DNA of 64,000 bases from a virus, in IMG/VR virus record IMGVR_UViG_3300021373_002437, positions 1 through 64,000 of that record; one strand, given 5' to 3'. Every line of letters begins with the position of its first letter. Position 1 is the first letter of the stretch. This document shows positions 49,401 through 59,170 of this stretch, piece by piece. A program made the translations under genes and the position numbers. Under the pieces are notes generated by a model that had not been told where the DNA came from, did no database searches, and saw nothing but the letters and a program-made list of their open reading frames with translations.

Positions 49401-50536
49401 GATACATCGAAGACGGTCCTTCTTACAAGGTCGAGGTTACTGATGGTCGCTTTTACGATACCAATACAGCAGCAAACCCAGCAAGAACTCTTGTTGGTGG
49501 TGTAGAAACATTTGGCACAGTTTCTGCAATTGGTGATCGGGTTGTTAGTGCTTATGTACTAAAATCTTCAGAAATAAATCCAGCCAGTTTTGGTTCGATT
49601 ACAAAGACCATAGCACTCACTGATACTGGTGCAGGTGCTGCTGGTTCAACTTTCGTGGACTTGGATACCAATACCACGGTTGAGCTTGAAACAGAGAAAA
49701 CTATTTACAGCTATTCAAATGAGGCAGATAGTTATTCTGGAAACAAGACAGCAAACGCATCATTTGTTCTTCAAACAAACAAGAATAATCTTTCGCCAAT
49801 GATAGATTTGGCGTCACTGTCAATGGGTGTTTTTAAGAACAATATCAATAATGATGCCTCTACTGAAGAAGTTCGTTTTGGTGGGGACTCAACTATGAAG
49901 TATATCTCCAAGACGGTCATTCTTGCCGATGGTCAGGATGCGGAAGACATGCGAGTATATCTGGATAACCAAATCCCAACCGGTTCTAGTGTTAATGTAT
50001 TTGGTAAGTTCATGGCGAAAGAAGATGACGGTGAAATTAATGACGATATTTTCTGGAAAGAACTTGAACTTGAAACCGGTCCATTGGTCGCTACAGAGAG
50101 TTTTGCCGAATACGTGTATAAGATTCCAGACAAAGCAAGCAGTTCTGGCTTGAATGCTGGTGTCTTCGAATATGATGTTGATCGTATTTCTGCAATAGGT
50201 ATTTCTGCAGGTGGTAGTGGATATGGTTCTGCTCCAACGGTAACCATTTCACACACTGGAGATGGGTATGGAGCAACAGCAGAAGCTATCATCTCTGGTG
50301 GTGTAGTTACTGAAATCCGAATTACAAATCCGGGTCGTGGATATACTGGTGGTGTTATTACTGCTACTCTAACCGGTGGTTCACCTTCAGTGGCAGCTAC
50401 TTTGAACACACCCACAACCAACACAGTGACCTATAGCACTTATAAATATTTTGCAATAAAGATTGTTCACACTAGTCCAAATACAACGCAAATTCCAAAA
50501 TCATCTGGATTGAGGGCGTTTGCATTGCAGGCATAA
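43463..50536 (+). CDS. Large virion structural protein, VrlC/DUF4815-like
   Basis: LNTSPYYDD...[55 protein letters not shown]. Confidence 0.85.
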   Translation: MALDLNTSPYYDDYDGDKNYNRILFKPGVAVQARELTQLQTALSNQIGQLGSFTLKDGAIISGCEETLTPLKYVKIIDTDAGAQTVENANLTNYVGATVTGGTTGLTAQIVAVKPGTTGSSPDLKTLYLVYTGRNNGDTRVFDRTETLTVSSEDSTIQGDTFVTHDSGTDAAAPPGDRTRYEGTAPKLQLSEGIIFARGAFVRTKALSVFIDPYTFNANKRVGFYVTENIVGSTDDQTLLDPAGGSFNFNAPGADRLQLQVSLRSYSEDVTLPENFYQYASFQNRKIYRSDIKTDPLRGLGDILAQRAYDANGSYNISGMHVSIQEDLNDGFNKGLKGATQGGDATKLNFIVSPGKANHMGYPVEIRAPSYFQVSKPTTFDTVDDITQSTAYGNFVVLDELCGAWDIDGGDSTAGDGIVDLYDTAQTAVTSATYSGTSLSGTKIGRAKIRQIVHRSGTQGAAAAEYELYLYDIKMDSGVFADVRSVSYQNNNAVGIADAVLEGGAAILKEPNFNKLFWPLPYAHMKTLAPSATYDYSFVYQKEFDTSATGGGVITLDSALLQTGQTFTFGNGVLSDSQILANINVVAIDPFTAANTYVAGEHIDLTDASVTVTQNSTTSLSIDLGGTIAASNRDVRVYCNVQYADITPIAKTLNEDRLVKIDATTNEEGASSGKYCLGVTDVFRVVQITATDNADYETNIRNVTDEFLLDNGQRDNYYGLASIKLKASSTFDLSTYRYVTVKLDFFTHSVNGPTFSVVDSYPIDDTGATGIKTEEIPVFASSRNKIYDLRNVIDFRPYMENTAANTSVIGSATENPSNTQVVDRPSNGLTNPSPVNSMTTDLEYYLGQGYKVFIAADGKIRVDLDTPKALPKIPVTPPNSLVLAKGILTPYPCLSPNAANYYNREDLAADIEQVRTKRYTMRDIGGLEKRIENLEYYTALSLLETEAKNKVILDSTGTVDRFKNGLMIDAFKGYSVANVASDDHNCSIDRKRQELRAPFDHSIVEFKPITGSTVGQTGEMFHVTYQDAVYTKQMQASSLRNVVGELLYADPDASNPLIQTSDEVEALAIIDRVNESCVTPYTTPPTASGKTYSLFRSHQSINEGQTLTIRLETRNVTENTTVGYTITGIASADIDGAPLTGNFTVDATGDSVATFNITADGSTEGTETLTLTLDATDSLGNSTGSTAPATAVTINDTSTSVTPPVSPYGPYAGSLNIVPNEDSWYDLDYAEPAYDNVVGEWDNLNISGNWSDEWGSWEEVSRDIISPFSTNTSTIVEEGNEVLDSQSTTTEKVSGGTNTILVKNYYTPITTYDETTTINATVLVQEQRTGLRYIDYGSIPEETTVESEEVLSVVAATFVRPQAISGTATGLIPNTLHHVSMGGNKKAEVTTNSQGNASFSFNIHRGEFECGNILVTISDANHFDSIESAASTYFSANGEKRTLQKTYTTTKWTPPSTAVPLFDTRDRTEGGGSGISLQTTPTVDKIWRTTTEVTGFEPDPEPVVYEDILISQVCNVPADGTATQTWQRGGSSGDTYTIEISDSGCQPEVTGASGETECGDGYYYNSTLGICVQADANITDIVMYDEIENTSTVSGSQNVAVASFTNDVLTTFVETTRGDTYGDGDIDTEGVTEEIIELMVQEDLGYLPYTETINDVTTDPAITTKLETAATFDFSYDFDIYEEWNYCFWGRDPIAQTFLVTGMEGGMFVPSINVYFRHVPAEGNNNGITMQIREVVNGVPGPDTVPNGTRHLKRSEVFCSSTNPDGTHNYIATKFKFRNLVHLENNREYAVVLLPDADDPNYVAYTGVLGETTFGTTTRITKQAHGGIFFTSANNRTWTPHQDEDLMFVVHRCNFKTDEAQTLLTANKNFDWLSFTADGWETGSRSGFVVGDELNSMTFTITDGGTGYGSDPTVTITDNNGLGTGATATAQRSGGVVTSITLTDPGSGFTSESDISVAFSGGSPSTTAVATATLNRGIIRYIEDGPSYKVEVTDGRFYDTNTAANPARTLVGGVETFGTVSAIGDRVVSAYVLKSSEINPASFGSITKTIALTDTGAGAAGSTFVDLDTNTTVELETEKTIYSYSNEADSYSGNKTANASFVLQTNKNNLSPMIDLASLSMGVFKNNINNDASTEEVRFGGDSTMKYISKTVILADGQDAEDMRVYLDNQIPTGSSVNVFGKFMAKEDDGEINDDIFWKELELETGPLVATESFAEYVYKIPDKASSSGLNAGVFEYDVDRISAIGISAGGSGYGSAPTVTISHTGDGYGATAEAIISGGVVTEIRITNPGRGYTGGVITATLTGGSPSVAATLNTPTTNTVTYSTYKYFAIKIVHTSPNTTQIPKSSGLRAFALQA

Positions 50537-50538
50537 AA

Positions 50539-50811
50539 ATGAACTTAGAAAAAAAGGCAAAAGAACTTAAATTGGGTGATATACATGTTGCTACCGAGGC
50601 ACCGGGGTTTCATAGGAGTGTAAAAAACAAGGCACTTTTAAACACGGACTCTCGTGGGTTGGCTGAGTATAAAGCCCAAAGAAAGGTTCGTAAAGAACAG
50701 CAAAAGAGGCTTGATAAATACGAGCAAGACGTTGAAGAAATTAGAGATGACGTTACTGAAATTAAGGATGCCCTTAGAGCCATTCTTAATAAAATGTCTA
50801 ATGAAAATTAA
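50539..50811 (+). CDS. Small coiled-coil hypothetical protein following the VrlC-like gene
   Basis: ALLNTD...Y...C-terminal coiled coil. Confidence 0.7.
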   Translation: MNLEKKAKELKLGDIHVATEAPGFHRSVKNKALLNTDSRGLAEYKAQRKVRKEQQKRLDKYEQDVEEIRDDVTEIKDALRAILNKMSNEN

Positions 50812-50815
50812 CAAG

Positions 50816-50823
50816 TATAAATA
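50816..50823 (+). promoter_or_regulatory. Late promoter TATAAATA
   Basis: Intergenic consensus. Confidence 0.75.
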
Positions 50824-50850
50824 GTTGTACATATATAAAAGGAGAACTTA

Positions 50851-51330
50851 ATGTCAACTTTAACCCTTCGATCTGTTAAAGGTAGTCCCTTAACAAATAC
50901 AGAGGTCGATGATAATTTCACAAACCTGAATACTGATAAGTATCAGTCGGGGGATTCTCCTAGTTTTGCTGCATTAACATTGACTGATTCACACACCGCT
51001 GCGGCTGAATTGATAGTTGCTGCTGGTTCTGTTCAGGGTGATGCGGCTGCAATTACTAAAACGCATGCCATAGTCACCACTGCCACTGCTGATCAGGGAG
51101 TCCAATTGACCGCAGCAGCACTAGGGCTGACACATGAAGTAACCAACGAAACTGCTGTTAATGTTAAGGTTTATCCACAAACTGGAGAAAATATCAATGA
51201 TCTTGCATCCAACATTGCAATTGATCTAGCTCCCGGTGCGACTTTAAAATTCGTAGCACGAGACGGTACTGAGTTTAGAACTCGGGTCGATGTAGTAATT
51301 TATGACGAAGGCGGCAACCGTCTAAACTAG
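50851..51330 (+). CDS. Putative virion fibre/structural protein
   Basis: KGSPLT..EVDDNFTNLN N-terminal motif seen in phage fibre proteins; late promoter; AGGAG SD. Confidence 0.65.
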   Translation: MSTLTLRSVKGSPLTNTEVDDNFTNLNTDKYQSGDSPSFAALTLTDSHTAAAELIVAAGSVQGDAAAITKTHAIVTTATADQGVQLTAAALGLTHEVTNETAVNVKVYPQTGENINDLASNIAIDLAPGATLKFVARDGTEFRTRVDVVIYDEGGNRLN

Positions 51331-51339
51331 AGTATTTAA

Positions 51340-52446
51340 ATGCGCCCATTACGAATTAAAGCGTCAGGTACACCTATAGCCTCTGATAATTTTCAGGGTC
51401 TGCAGGCAATGACCGATGCAGAGATTAATGAATATCTGTCTTATGTTGTAACTAATAAATTTGCTACAGATACTGACGGCACCGGTGCGGGTGAGCTAAA
51501 CGTAGATACAGCAAACCTTCTTACCGGCTCCGCAATCGGTACTTTCATAGATACAATTCGTGATGAGACCATTGGTACGCATCCAGCTACGGGGGCCACT
51601 ACCCCTACAACCTATTATTTTAAGCAAGTCACCGCTGCAGTCGCAGAAAGCATAACCAATCGTCCAGTCGGTTGGGATAATGGCGTCAATGAGTTTACCG
51701 ATGCTGAATTGGATGTTGATATTCTGGATAAAATTATTCAGGATATGGTAACAGAAACAGACTATACTGTTGGACAATATCAACTTAAGGCAACTTCTCC
51801 TGTTGGTGGTACTTGGACTTCTAGGTATACAATAACAGATACTAGACAGTCTGGAAATCTCACCACAACACTTTGGCAGAAAACCGCCCCAACATCTTCA
51901 GCAAATGCTGATTTAACCGCTTTGAAAATTGAGAATCAAACTTCATTGAGAGGAATGACTGCTGCTGAGATTGAACAAATTGTACCAAATTTCAGAAATA
52001 GAATTGTTGAAGATTATGGTACCACGCCGGGGGTTGGGTGTTACCTTGTACAAGCTACTGCTCCTACCGAAACCGGCACTTGGGTCCAAATGGGAGATGA
52101 CCTTATCGATACCAGACAAGAAAATCTGGACGATGCCTACGCAGGAAATTTCGATCAAGCTTTTACTGGTGCTTACACCGGAACACAAGACTATACTGGT
52201 GCTTATACTGGAACATTTACTGGTGTATATACTGGTGATTACGATTTTTCATACTCTGGTTTTACTGCGGTATTTACCGGTTCATATACTGGTGGGTATG
52301 ACCAAACATTCACGGGGCCATACACTGGCGAAGCAGATTTCACTGGTGCCTACACAGGAACCTTCACTGGTGCTTATTCTGGACTAACGATACAAGCGAC
52401 TACTGAAGACGTAACTAATCTGAAGCTTTGGTTACGAACAGCTTAA
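51340..52446 (+). CDS. Putative virion protein with C-terminal (Y/F)-(T/S)-G-x repeats
   Basis: Internally duplicated N-region (MTDAEI / FTDAEL / MTAAEI); tetrapeptide repeats at 52138-52383. Confidence 0.75.
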   Translation: MRPLRIKASGTPIASDNFQGLQAMTDAEINEYLSYVVTNKFATDTDGTGAGELNVDTANLLTGSAIGTFIDTIRDETIGTHPATGATTPTTYYFKQVTAAVAESITNRPVGWDNGVNEFTDAELDVDILDKIIQDMVTETDYTVGQYQLKATSPVGGTWTSRYTITDTRQSGNLTTTLWQKTAPTSSANADLTALKIENQTSLRGMTAAEIEQIVPNFRNRIVEDYGTTPGVGCYLVQATAPTETGTWVQMGDDLIDTRQENLDDAYAGNFDQAFTGAYTGTQDYTGAYTGTFTGVYTGDYDFSYSGFTAVFTGSYTGGYDQTFTGPYTGEADFTGAYTGTFTGAYSGLTIQATTEDVTNLKLWLRTA

Positions 52447-52489
52447 GCTGTTATATATAGTATTATAATTTATTTTATGGAGTGTTATC

Positions 52490-52972
52490 ATGACAGACAT
52501 GACTGTTCCTGCAGATAATGTATCTGTGGAAATTCCCCCCGAACCACCAAAAAAAGAATATCTAAATCCCTACTGGTCCAACAAGGAAAATCGTCACCTT
52601 ATAGTTACGATTAAATTCCCCAATGGAAAAACTTCCACTGCATCTATTCAAGACACGGATGGTAGTAACCCAGACATGAAAGAAATTATGAAGGTTTATA
52701 CCGAGGAAGACATTGATGCTAATACACAAAAGGGTCTTGATGTCCGTAATGAAAAAATCCGAAAACATGCAGAGAGAAAAGAATCGCAAAAAGCAAGGGC
52801 AAAGCAAGAGGCGCTTTTTGCAATTAAGCTTGAGATGTTTGAAATCGATACAATCAAAAATTCAGAAAATAAAGAATTGAAAAGACGCATTAGAAAAGCG
52901 AAGACCATTCCTGAAGCACAAGCCTACTGTACAATTTTGTTAATGAAAGAGATGGAAAATGAGTCAAAGTAA
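52490..52972 (+). CDS. Hypothetical coiled-coil protein
   Basis: GGAG SD; TATATATA late-like motif at 52452; LFAIKLEMFEI..IKNS. Confidence 0.7.
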   Translation: MTDMTVPADNVSVEIPPEPPKKEYLNPYWSNKENRHLIVTIKFPNGKTSTASIQDTDGSNPDMKEIMKVYTEEDIDANTQKGLDVRNEKIRKHAERKESQKARAKQEALFAIKLEMFEIDTIKNSENKELKRRIRKAKTIPEAQAYCTILLMKEMENESK

Positions 52973-53657
52973 AGGATTTGTAATAGTAGCTTCCAAGAAA
53001 AAAGCATTCTACAAGTATGCAAAAATTCTAGCAGAATCTGTTAAGGATTTTTATGAGGACGCGAACATAACTTTTTTTACCCATGCAAACTGGATTGAAG
53101 AAGAAGACCTTGAATTGTTTGATAATATAGTTTTCGAGGGCATTCCAGACCACCCAAGAGCAAAACTTTGGGCACTGAATAAAACACCATACGACATAAC
53201 GGCATATCTCGATGCAGATATGATTTGTGAACATGAAGATATAAGAAATGTATTCGATCTTTTACCAGAAGACAAGGATATTGTATTCACAAAGAACCGA
53301 CCTTATAACGCCGCCTTGACTAAGTTATCGGAATCAGAAGAAATGACATGTCATTGCGGCTTTTTTGTTTATAGAAAAAATGATGAAACAATGTCTCTGA
53401 TGGGTGCTTGGTGGACCGAGTATTGTAAACAGTGGGAACCCGACTATGATATGATGCACTATCCAGAAAGTGCTAGGAAGTGGGACACCTTCACTATGTG
53501 GAGGCTTCTTGAATATGGGCATCAAAAAGTAGATTGGGGATATATAGAAGAGCCTGATGCTCGTTGGAATTTTGTTAATGGATACCACTACGAAGAATTG
53601 CAGGGTACCGAAATCGTTCTGTACCACCATACCATACCAAAGGACGAACTCATTTGA
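52959..53657 (+). CDS. GT-A glycosyltransferase / nucleotide-diphospho-sugar transferase
   Basis: RAKL..L..TPYD.T.YLDAD (DxD), H.G, WD, RWN, HH. Confidence 0.8.
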   Translation: MSQSKGFVIVASKKKAFYKYAKILAESVKDFYEDANITFFTHANWIEEEDLELFDNIVFEGIPDHPRAKLWALNKTPYDITAYLDADMICEHEDIRNVFDLLPEDKDIVFTKNRPYNAALTKLSESEEMTCHCGFFVYRKNDETMSLMGAWWTEYCKQWEPDYDMMHYPESARKWDTFTMWRLLEYGHQKVDWGYIEEPDARWNFVNGYHYEELQGTEIVLYHHTIPKDELI

Positions 53658-54295
53658 AATGGGTAGACATACATAACCAAGAGTTACTTGATATACTCAC
53701 TGCTTATAGTGACTGGTTTTTCACGACTGATCTAGAACCACTGGAAAAGGTGTGTGATAATCCTAAGCGACATTGTGATACTAAAATTGACGATGGGTGT
53801 AGTCATAAGTACCTTTTGGAGATTTTGAATAAGCGAGAAGAACATATTGGATTCCCAGAGAAAGCATTCAGTGTCGATTTAGCCCGAGAAGAAAGGGTTC
53901 CCTCTGAACACAAGAAAAAGCGTCTGGAGATATGCACTACCCTTTGTTCGTATTTGGGGGCTCGCAATCAAGCAGTCAATGTTTTCTATCCAGCCGGTGG
54001 ATATATGGGATGGCATACCAACTGGAATGCCCATGGCTATAACATATTGCTTTCATATTCAAAAACAGGCAATGGGTTCTTTCGATACAAAAACCCATTA
54101 CTGAACCGAAAAATCGTAACCATGGATGACAGGCCGGGGTGGTCTTGTAAGGTTGGATATTTCGGAAACAAACAGGAGCACAGCGATATCTATTATCACT
54201 GTGCCGGTTCTTATGAGCCTAGAATTACATTAGGGTTCATAGTTCCTCACAAAGAAATGTGGGAAGACATGATTGAAGACATTTCTGGAAACTAG
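53654..54295 (+). CDS. 2OG-Fe(II) oxygenase/cupin-like protein
   Basis: YPAGGYMGWHTN...YHCA...R.T.G. Confidence 0.6.
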   Translation: MKWVDIHNQELLDILTAYSDWFFTTDLEPLEKVCDNPKRHCDTKIDDGCSHKYLLEILNKREEHIGFPEKAFSVDLAREERVPSEHKKKRLEICTTLCSYLGARNQAVNVFYPAGGYMGWHTNWNAHGYNILLSYSKTGNGFFRYKNPLLNRKIVTMDDRPGWSCKVGYFGNKQEHSDIYYHCAGSYEPRITLGFIVPHKEMWEDMIEDISGN

Positions 54296-54954
54296 CTCTT
54301 AGTTCCAATCACCATAAACCTATCAAATTCATTTAACCCGTCGAAAGTCCAGTACTTCTGTTTAATAGAACCTTCATAGTATGGGTTACTGATACCAGTA
54401 TTTTTCTTGTGCTCTTCAATACTATCTACGCAATTGATACCGTACATTTCTTTGATCACGTTTGAGTTTTGAATGGCGAAAACACAATCTGGATTGGCTG
54501 TGGTTAAATCTTTCAGTGGGTACATTGTTTCCGCACACATTGAAATTACAATATCAGTTTCCAATGCATTGATATCATGAAAGGCGAACGGTACGTCCCA
54601 ATTTAGGTGAGATAAATCAGTTCCTTCATCAACGTAGTTCTTATTAAAAATTTTAGATAGTTCTAACGCATCTTTATCAACGTCGATAAGATTGATTTTA
54701 GCAACATCAAAATTTTCACACAGCATGGGAACTAGTGGAAAACCAAGCCAAGAATTTAAGATGGTTATATTTAGACCCACATTCTTTTTGGTTGGCATGT
54801 TTGACAAAGTTTCACACAGCCAAATGGTAGCCTCCATGGAATTGGGGTTCAAAGATTTTCTGAAATCCTCATGTTTATGTGGCATTTCATGATGTATTTT
54901 GTCTAGAGCATTACCCCAGTGGGCAAAGTTGTTTAAAAAATCAAAGCTTAACAT
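54292..54954 (-). CDS. Class I SAM-methyltransferase-like fold protein
   Basis: ITILNSWLG (degenerate motif I), LIDVD, C.E.M, RFMVIG. Confidence 0.5.
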   Translation of the reverse strand: MLSFDFLNNFAHWGNALDKIHHEMPHKHEDFRKSLNPNSMEATIWLCETLSNMPTKKNVGLNITILNSWLGFPLVPMLCENFDVAKINLIDVDKDALELSKIFNKNYVDEGTDLSHLNWDVPFAFHDINALETDIVISMCAETMYPLKDLTTANPDCVFAIQNSNVIKEMYGINCVDSIEEHKKNTGISNPYYEGSIKQKYWTFDGLNEFDRFMVIGTKS

Positions 54955-55630
54955 CTTCAGGTCTCTCCATAGAGTCATATAATCTTACAAGTGGGTCTTC
55001 CCGTATTACTCTCTCTTCAATATCTGAGGGCCAGACAAAGCCATTGTTGAAGCTATATACCCAGCCAGACGGGAAGAAATCAAAATTGAGCAATCGTTCT
55101 CGTTGGTGACCAAACATATTGTCCAGCCCCCGGTAATAAAAAAACATTTGTGACGGATAAGACTTGACAAAGTGTGTGAGTTTGTCAGAATCAAATCGGT
55201 CATTCCATCTTAGGATAGAGGAATTGAACTCGGTGTATTTCCAAGGAGTGTCTTTCACATCCTCTTTCATTTTATTAAGGTTGTGCCACCAAGTCTTGAT
55301 AAAAACTAAATTGTTACCGGGTTCATAATCAACAATACAATCTATATTCTTCTGGATAAAAACATCAAGATCAAAGAATAACTTTTCACCTTTCTGTGTT
55401 ACCACGCTTCGATCAAATAGATGAAGTTTATTCCACCATTTCTCATAATAGCTATTTTCTGGTATCGGAATTACTTCAATTTCTGGCCTCAATCCAAAGG
55501 GCATTTCTGTCAAACAGAAGAACTTAAAATCCCCTGTTATGTGCTCTTCGCACATCCTATAGATTTCATTCACATGATCGTGGGAATATTTCTGCCCCCA
55601 CTTCACTGTATAGATATTAATCATCGCCAA
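54941..55630 (-). CDS. GT-A glycosyltransferase paralog 4
   Basis: VKWGQKY, CLTE, WWNKL, FFDLDV, NSS. Confidence 0.8.
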   Translation of the reverse strand: MAMINIYTVKWGQKYSHDHVNEIYRMCEEHITGDFKFFCLTEMPFGLRPEIEVIPIPENSYYEKWWNKLHLFDRSVVTQKGEKLFFDLDVFIQKNIDCIVDYEPGNNLVFIKTWWHNLNKMKEDVKDTPWKYTEFNSSILRWNDRFDSDKLTHFVKSYPSQMFFYYRGLDNMFGHQRERLLNFDFFPSGWVYSFNNGFVWPSDIEERVIREDPLVRLYDSMERPEDVKL

Positions 55631-56451
55631 TGCTCCAATAAATCTGGGTCAGCCAGATCATCTTGTTTGGTGCTACCCCTACTAGAATCTTCAAAAGGTA
55701 GTAAATCAATATTAAACACACATAGAATTGAGTCCGGTCTATATTTATCTACTTCCAAATCCCTCGCACCCCAATCTCTTCCCCGGTTGTAAGAATACGC
55801 CATGTGGCTGGGGAAGTGTCCCCAAAGTTTATTCTCACTAAAGTCTCCCCACCTCCAACTGTGGTAGTTGTCTGTACCATCTGTAAATGTGAACCAGATT
55901 CTTTCTTGATGTTCCAACACATCTTTCCAGATCACCTCGCACTGGTCATCGCTCCAGACCTGACAGCTTCCGTTGGTGTATGCACCATGCGCCAGCTTAA
56001 AATTGCGTGACTTCATGGGTCTCGGGTCTTGCCACCAACTTCTAAGCTTCGTCGGCCTATCCAGATCGTACATGATGATAGGCTCCATGTCGTTCTGAAT
56101 GATTACGTCAAGGTCGAGAAATACAAATCTGCCAGTAGGTTTATCATCAGCAAAATTATGAGTATTAAAGACAAAAGTTTTAGGCCGGTCCCAACAACGA
56201 GCCATACCGTACTTGAAGTTATCAGAGCCAAACCAATACTTAGGATGAATATCGGGAATATCAGGAAACTCAATGACTTTAATTTCAGGTTTAAGACCTT
56301 CAGGCAAATCGGTATAGCAATAAAAGTGAACATCAAATTTATCTGGATTGGTATTGCGGAGGGCCATGTTATAAAGCTTGTTAACAAAGTGTGGTCCATA
56401 CTTAGTTCCCCATTTACAACAGACGTAGTTGACTCGGATTAAGTCCCCCAT
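55621..56451 (-). CDS. GT-A glycosyltransferase paralog 3
   Basis: CKWGTKY, CYTD, CWDRPK, FLDLDV, NGS, GTDNY, YSYNRG. Confidence 0.8.
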   Translation of the reverse strand: MGDLIRVNYVCCKWGTKYGPHFVNKLYNMALRNTNPDKFDVHFYCYTDLPEGLKPEIKVIEFPDIPDIHPKYWFGSDNFKYGMARCWDRPKTFVFNTHNFADDKPTGRFVFLDLDVIIQNDMEPIIMYDLDRPTKLRSWWQDPRPMKSRNFKLAHGAYTNGSCQVWSDDQCEVIWKDVLEHQERIWFTFTDGTDNYHSWRWGDFSENKLWGHFPSHMAYSYNRGRDWGARDLEVDKYRPDSILCVFNIDLLPFEDSSRGSTKQDDLADPDLLEHWR

Positions 56452-57191
56452 AATGTTAACAACCTATCGTCTTCAAGTTGGTCAAGTTTGATTTGAGACT
56501 TTGCCCTTGGGTCTGGTGTCAGATCGGTGTTAAAAATACATACCTTAGCATCCGGTCTGTATGTAAATGGTTCTAGATCATTTGGATACGTCATGCCCCG
56601 ATTGTAACTATACACCCAATCGTATGGTATGTTTGCCCAGAAATCTCTTTGTCTCCAATAATGGTAGTTGTCGGTGCCTTTGAAAAAAGTTTTGAAAATC
56701 ATTTCCGAGTTTTCTAGTGCATCATGATATATGTGCTTTGTTTGTTCACCATACCATAACATCATACTTGAGTTATAAAATGTTCCTCGCATGTCAATGA
56801 AAAGTCTTTCATGTTTTTGTTTAGGGTTTTGCCACTGAACATGAATAAGTCTGGGTTTGATTGCGAGGGCGTCTAGCTCATCCAAATTGTTTTGTATGAT
56901 CACATCAAGATCAAAGTAGCACCATTTTCCTGTGTGTCCAGTCCACTCTTGGGAATTAAACACCAAAAATTTAGCCCGGTCCCAACAATACCCTTCTTCC
57001 CCAAACCAATATTTTGGGTGTAGTTCACCATCATCAGGGATTGGAAGTGTGTCACACTCAATACCTTCAGGGTCATCTGTAAAACAGGTGAATGTAAATT
57101 CTTTTGTGTAGTTCTTTCGGACCATGTTGAATAGGTTATTCACATAATCCGGGGTGTACTTATCTCCCCATTTGAGGCACACAAAATTCAT
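56439..57191 (-). CDS. GT-A glycosyltransferase paralog 2
   Basis: LKWGDKY, CFTD, CWDRAK, YFDLDV, NSS, GTDNY, YSYNRG. Confidence 0.8.
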   Translation of the reverse strand: MNFVCLKWGDKYTPDYVNNLFNMVRKNYTKEFTFTCFTDDPEGIECDTLPIPDDGELHPKYWFGEEGYCWDRAKFLVFNSQEWTGHTGKWCYFDLDVIIQNNLDELDALAIKPRLIHVQWQNPKQKHERLFIDMRGTFYNSSMMLWYGEQTKHIYHDALENSEMIFKTFFKGTDNYHYWRQRDFWANIPYDWVYSYNRGMTYPNDLEPFTYRPDAKVCIFNTDLTPDPRAKSQIKLDQLEDDRLLTLWGT

Positions 57192-57807
57192 ATTCTTTCT
57201 CTATGTTAGGAAAATCATCTTGACCATTTAGCAAAGCTATCCTATACTCTGGTTTGTACTCACTACCGGAGAACTTGAAGGAGTATATCATTTCTTCAGG
57301 CCAGTGTTCAAAGGTAAAACTTTCATGAAATAAAAAGCGATCATCCCCGGCATACTTGACCATGAAATAATCTTGGTCCTCTAGCCAGTGATCGTATATA
57401 TATTTAGCATCTTCCCACAGCATCACGCTGGAGTTGAAGTTGCTCAAATAATTGTAAGACCACCTATCATCCACATGGTATGGAAATTCGGTAGGTTTCC
57501 AATAAGTATAGCAAATCACAGGGGTCTTGTCAAGAGCATCGAACAAAATATCTATATCTTGTTGAATCCGCACATCTAGGTCTAGATATAGTATTTTTCC
57601 TAGATTATCATACTGAAATAGCTTGATTTTTTCCCAGTGACCCTCAATTTCCCAGTCTATGTCAATTATCTGGATGTTTTCATTGATTCCTGATGGATTA
57701 TCGGTCACACAGACATAGTTATACTTCCCACCGGTAGCCTCGTATATCCGATTCACATCTTCGTGGGAGTACTTATCACCGTACTTCAATGTCAAAATAG
57801 TCTTCAT
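57160..57807 (-). CDS. GT-A glycosyltransferase paralog 1
   Basis: LKYGDKY, CVTD, WEKI, YLDLDV, NSS, GDD. Confidence 0.8.
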   Translation of the reverse strand: MKTILTLKYGDKYSHEDVNRIYEATGGKYNYVCVTDNPSGINENIQIIDIDWEIEGHWEKIKLFQYDNLGKILYLDLDVRIQQDIDILFDALDKTPVICYTYWKPTEFPYHVDDRWSYNYLSNFNSSVMLWEDAKYIYDHWLEDQDYFMVKYAGDDRFLFHESFTFEHWPEEMIYSFKFSGSEYKPEYRIALLNGQDDFPNIEKEYEFCVPQMGR

Positions 57808-57821
57808 TAGATTATTGATTG

Positions 57822-57851
57822 TATAAATAATGTAATACACCAATACTTATA
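57822..57851. promoter_or_regulatory. Face-to-face late promoters (TATAAATA + 57822-57829; TATAAGTA - 57844-57851)
   Basis: Between the divergent GT operon and neck operon. Confidence 0.65.
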
Positions 57852-57862
57852 AGACTTTTCAT

Positions 57863-58198
57863 ATGACTCTAACAAAAAATCTCGTACTGAATCAAGGCGC
57901 ATCTTTCAGCCAAGAATTCATCATTACTGATTCTGCTGGTGCTGTCCGTAACCTTACTGGGTACACGGCAACTGCTCAGATGCGAAAAAGTTATTTCACA
58001 CAAACCAACGTGGTGTTTACCGTTGCACAAGTGGATGTTGAGGGGAAGATTACAATTAGTCTAGATGACACAGCAACCGCTGCACTTTCAATCATACCAT
58101 CTAATAGATACGTGTATGACGTTGAGATAACGGATGGTTCTAATGTAGAGAGGGTCAGAGAAGGTATCATAACAATTAAGCCAGAGGTTACGAAATAA
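57863..58198 (+). CDS. Small virion-associated protein upstream of gp13
   Basis: NL..NQGA.F...LTGYTA.AQMRKSY...RYVYDVEI...EG.I...PEVT. Confidence 0.7.
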   Translation: MTLTKNLVLNQGASFSQEFIITDSAGAVRNLTGYTATAQMRKSYFTQTNVVFTVAQVDVEGKITISLDDTATAALSIIPSNRYVYDVEITDGSNVERVREGIITIKPEVTK

Positions 58199-59166
58199 TG
58201 GCGCTATCGACTAGACAAGAGCTAATAGAATATTGTCTTCGAAGGCTTGGTTTCCCTGTAATTGAAATCAACGTTGATGAAGATCAGATTAGTGATCGAA
58301 TTGATGACGCTCTCCAGTATTGGTATGAGTACCATTTCGATGGTAGACAAAAGATTTTTATAGAGCACAGGGTATCAGGTGATACACTGACTCTTGCTGC
58401 ACCAGAAGCAGATAACTTTACTATTGGCGAAAGGTTGACAGGGGATGTCTCTGGAGCCACCACGATATACAAAGTAAAAACTTCAGACACAGAACTTGAA
58501 GTGGAAGGCACACGAGGAACATTCCAAGACGGTGAAACCATAACCGGTACAAACGGTGGAGGCTCTATACTAGCTGGTGCGAGTGCATTCACTGCAGGTG
58601 ATATGTCAAACAAGTATGTCCCCGTTGGTGACGGTGTGTTGTTTGTCAATCGCATGTTTAACTTCGGTGGGGCTACAAACTCAACCAGAAGCGGTTCGGA
58701 AATTTTCGATGTGATGTACCAGTTCCGACAGAACGATCTTTACAACTTGCTTGGTGCAGATATGACTTACTATGCAGTAGTTCAGTCACATCTATCGACA
58801 CTTGAGCAGTTGCTGGTTAGTCAGAGACAAATAAGATTTAATCGAAAGATGAATCGAATCTATGTAGACACGGACTGGGACAAGACATTCAACCCCGGTG
58901 ACTATGTGGTGTTTGAGGCATATGCGACAGTAGACCCAACGGAATTTTCTGAAGTCTATGATGACATGTTCCTGAAAAAATATGCCACAGCACTTATCAA
59001 GAGACAGTGGGGCAGTAACATGAAGAAGTTCGGCGGGATTCAATTGCCCGGTGGAGTTACTTTGAATGCAGATCAAATTTTTGAAGAAGCCAATGTGGAG
59101 ATATTGCAGATAGAAGAGGACATGCAGCAGAAGTACGAGTTACCCCCAAGATTTATGATAGGGTAA
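58198..59166 (+). CDS. gp13: Neck protein gp13
   Basis: YCLRRLG.PVIEINV..DQI.DRID.ALQ...EYHFDG; KRQWGSNM.KF.G.QLPGGVTLN. Confidence 0.95.
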   Translation: MALSTRQELIEYCLRRLGFPVIEINVDEDQISDRIDDALQYWYEYHFDGRQKIFIEHRVSGDTLTLAAPEADNFTIGERLTGDVSGATTIYKVKTSDTELEVEGTRGTFQDGETITGTNGGGSILAGASAFTAGDMSNKYVPVGDGVLFVNRMFNFGGATNSTRSGSEIFDVMYQFRQNDLYNLLGADMTYYAVVQSHLSTLEQLLVSQRQIRFNRKMNRIYVDTDWDKTFNPGDYVVFEAYATVDPTEFSEVYDDMFLKKYATALIKRQWGSNMKKFGGIQLPGGVTLNADQIFEEANVEILQIEEDMQQKYELPPRFMIG

Positions 59167-59170
59167 TACC

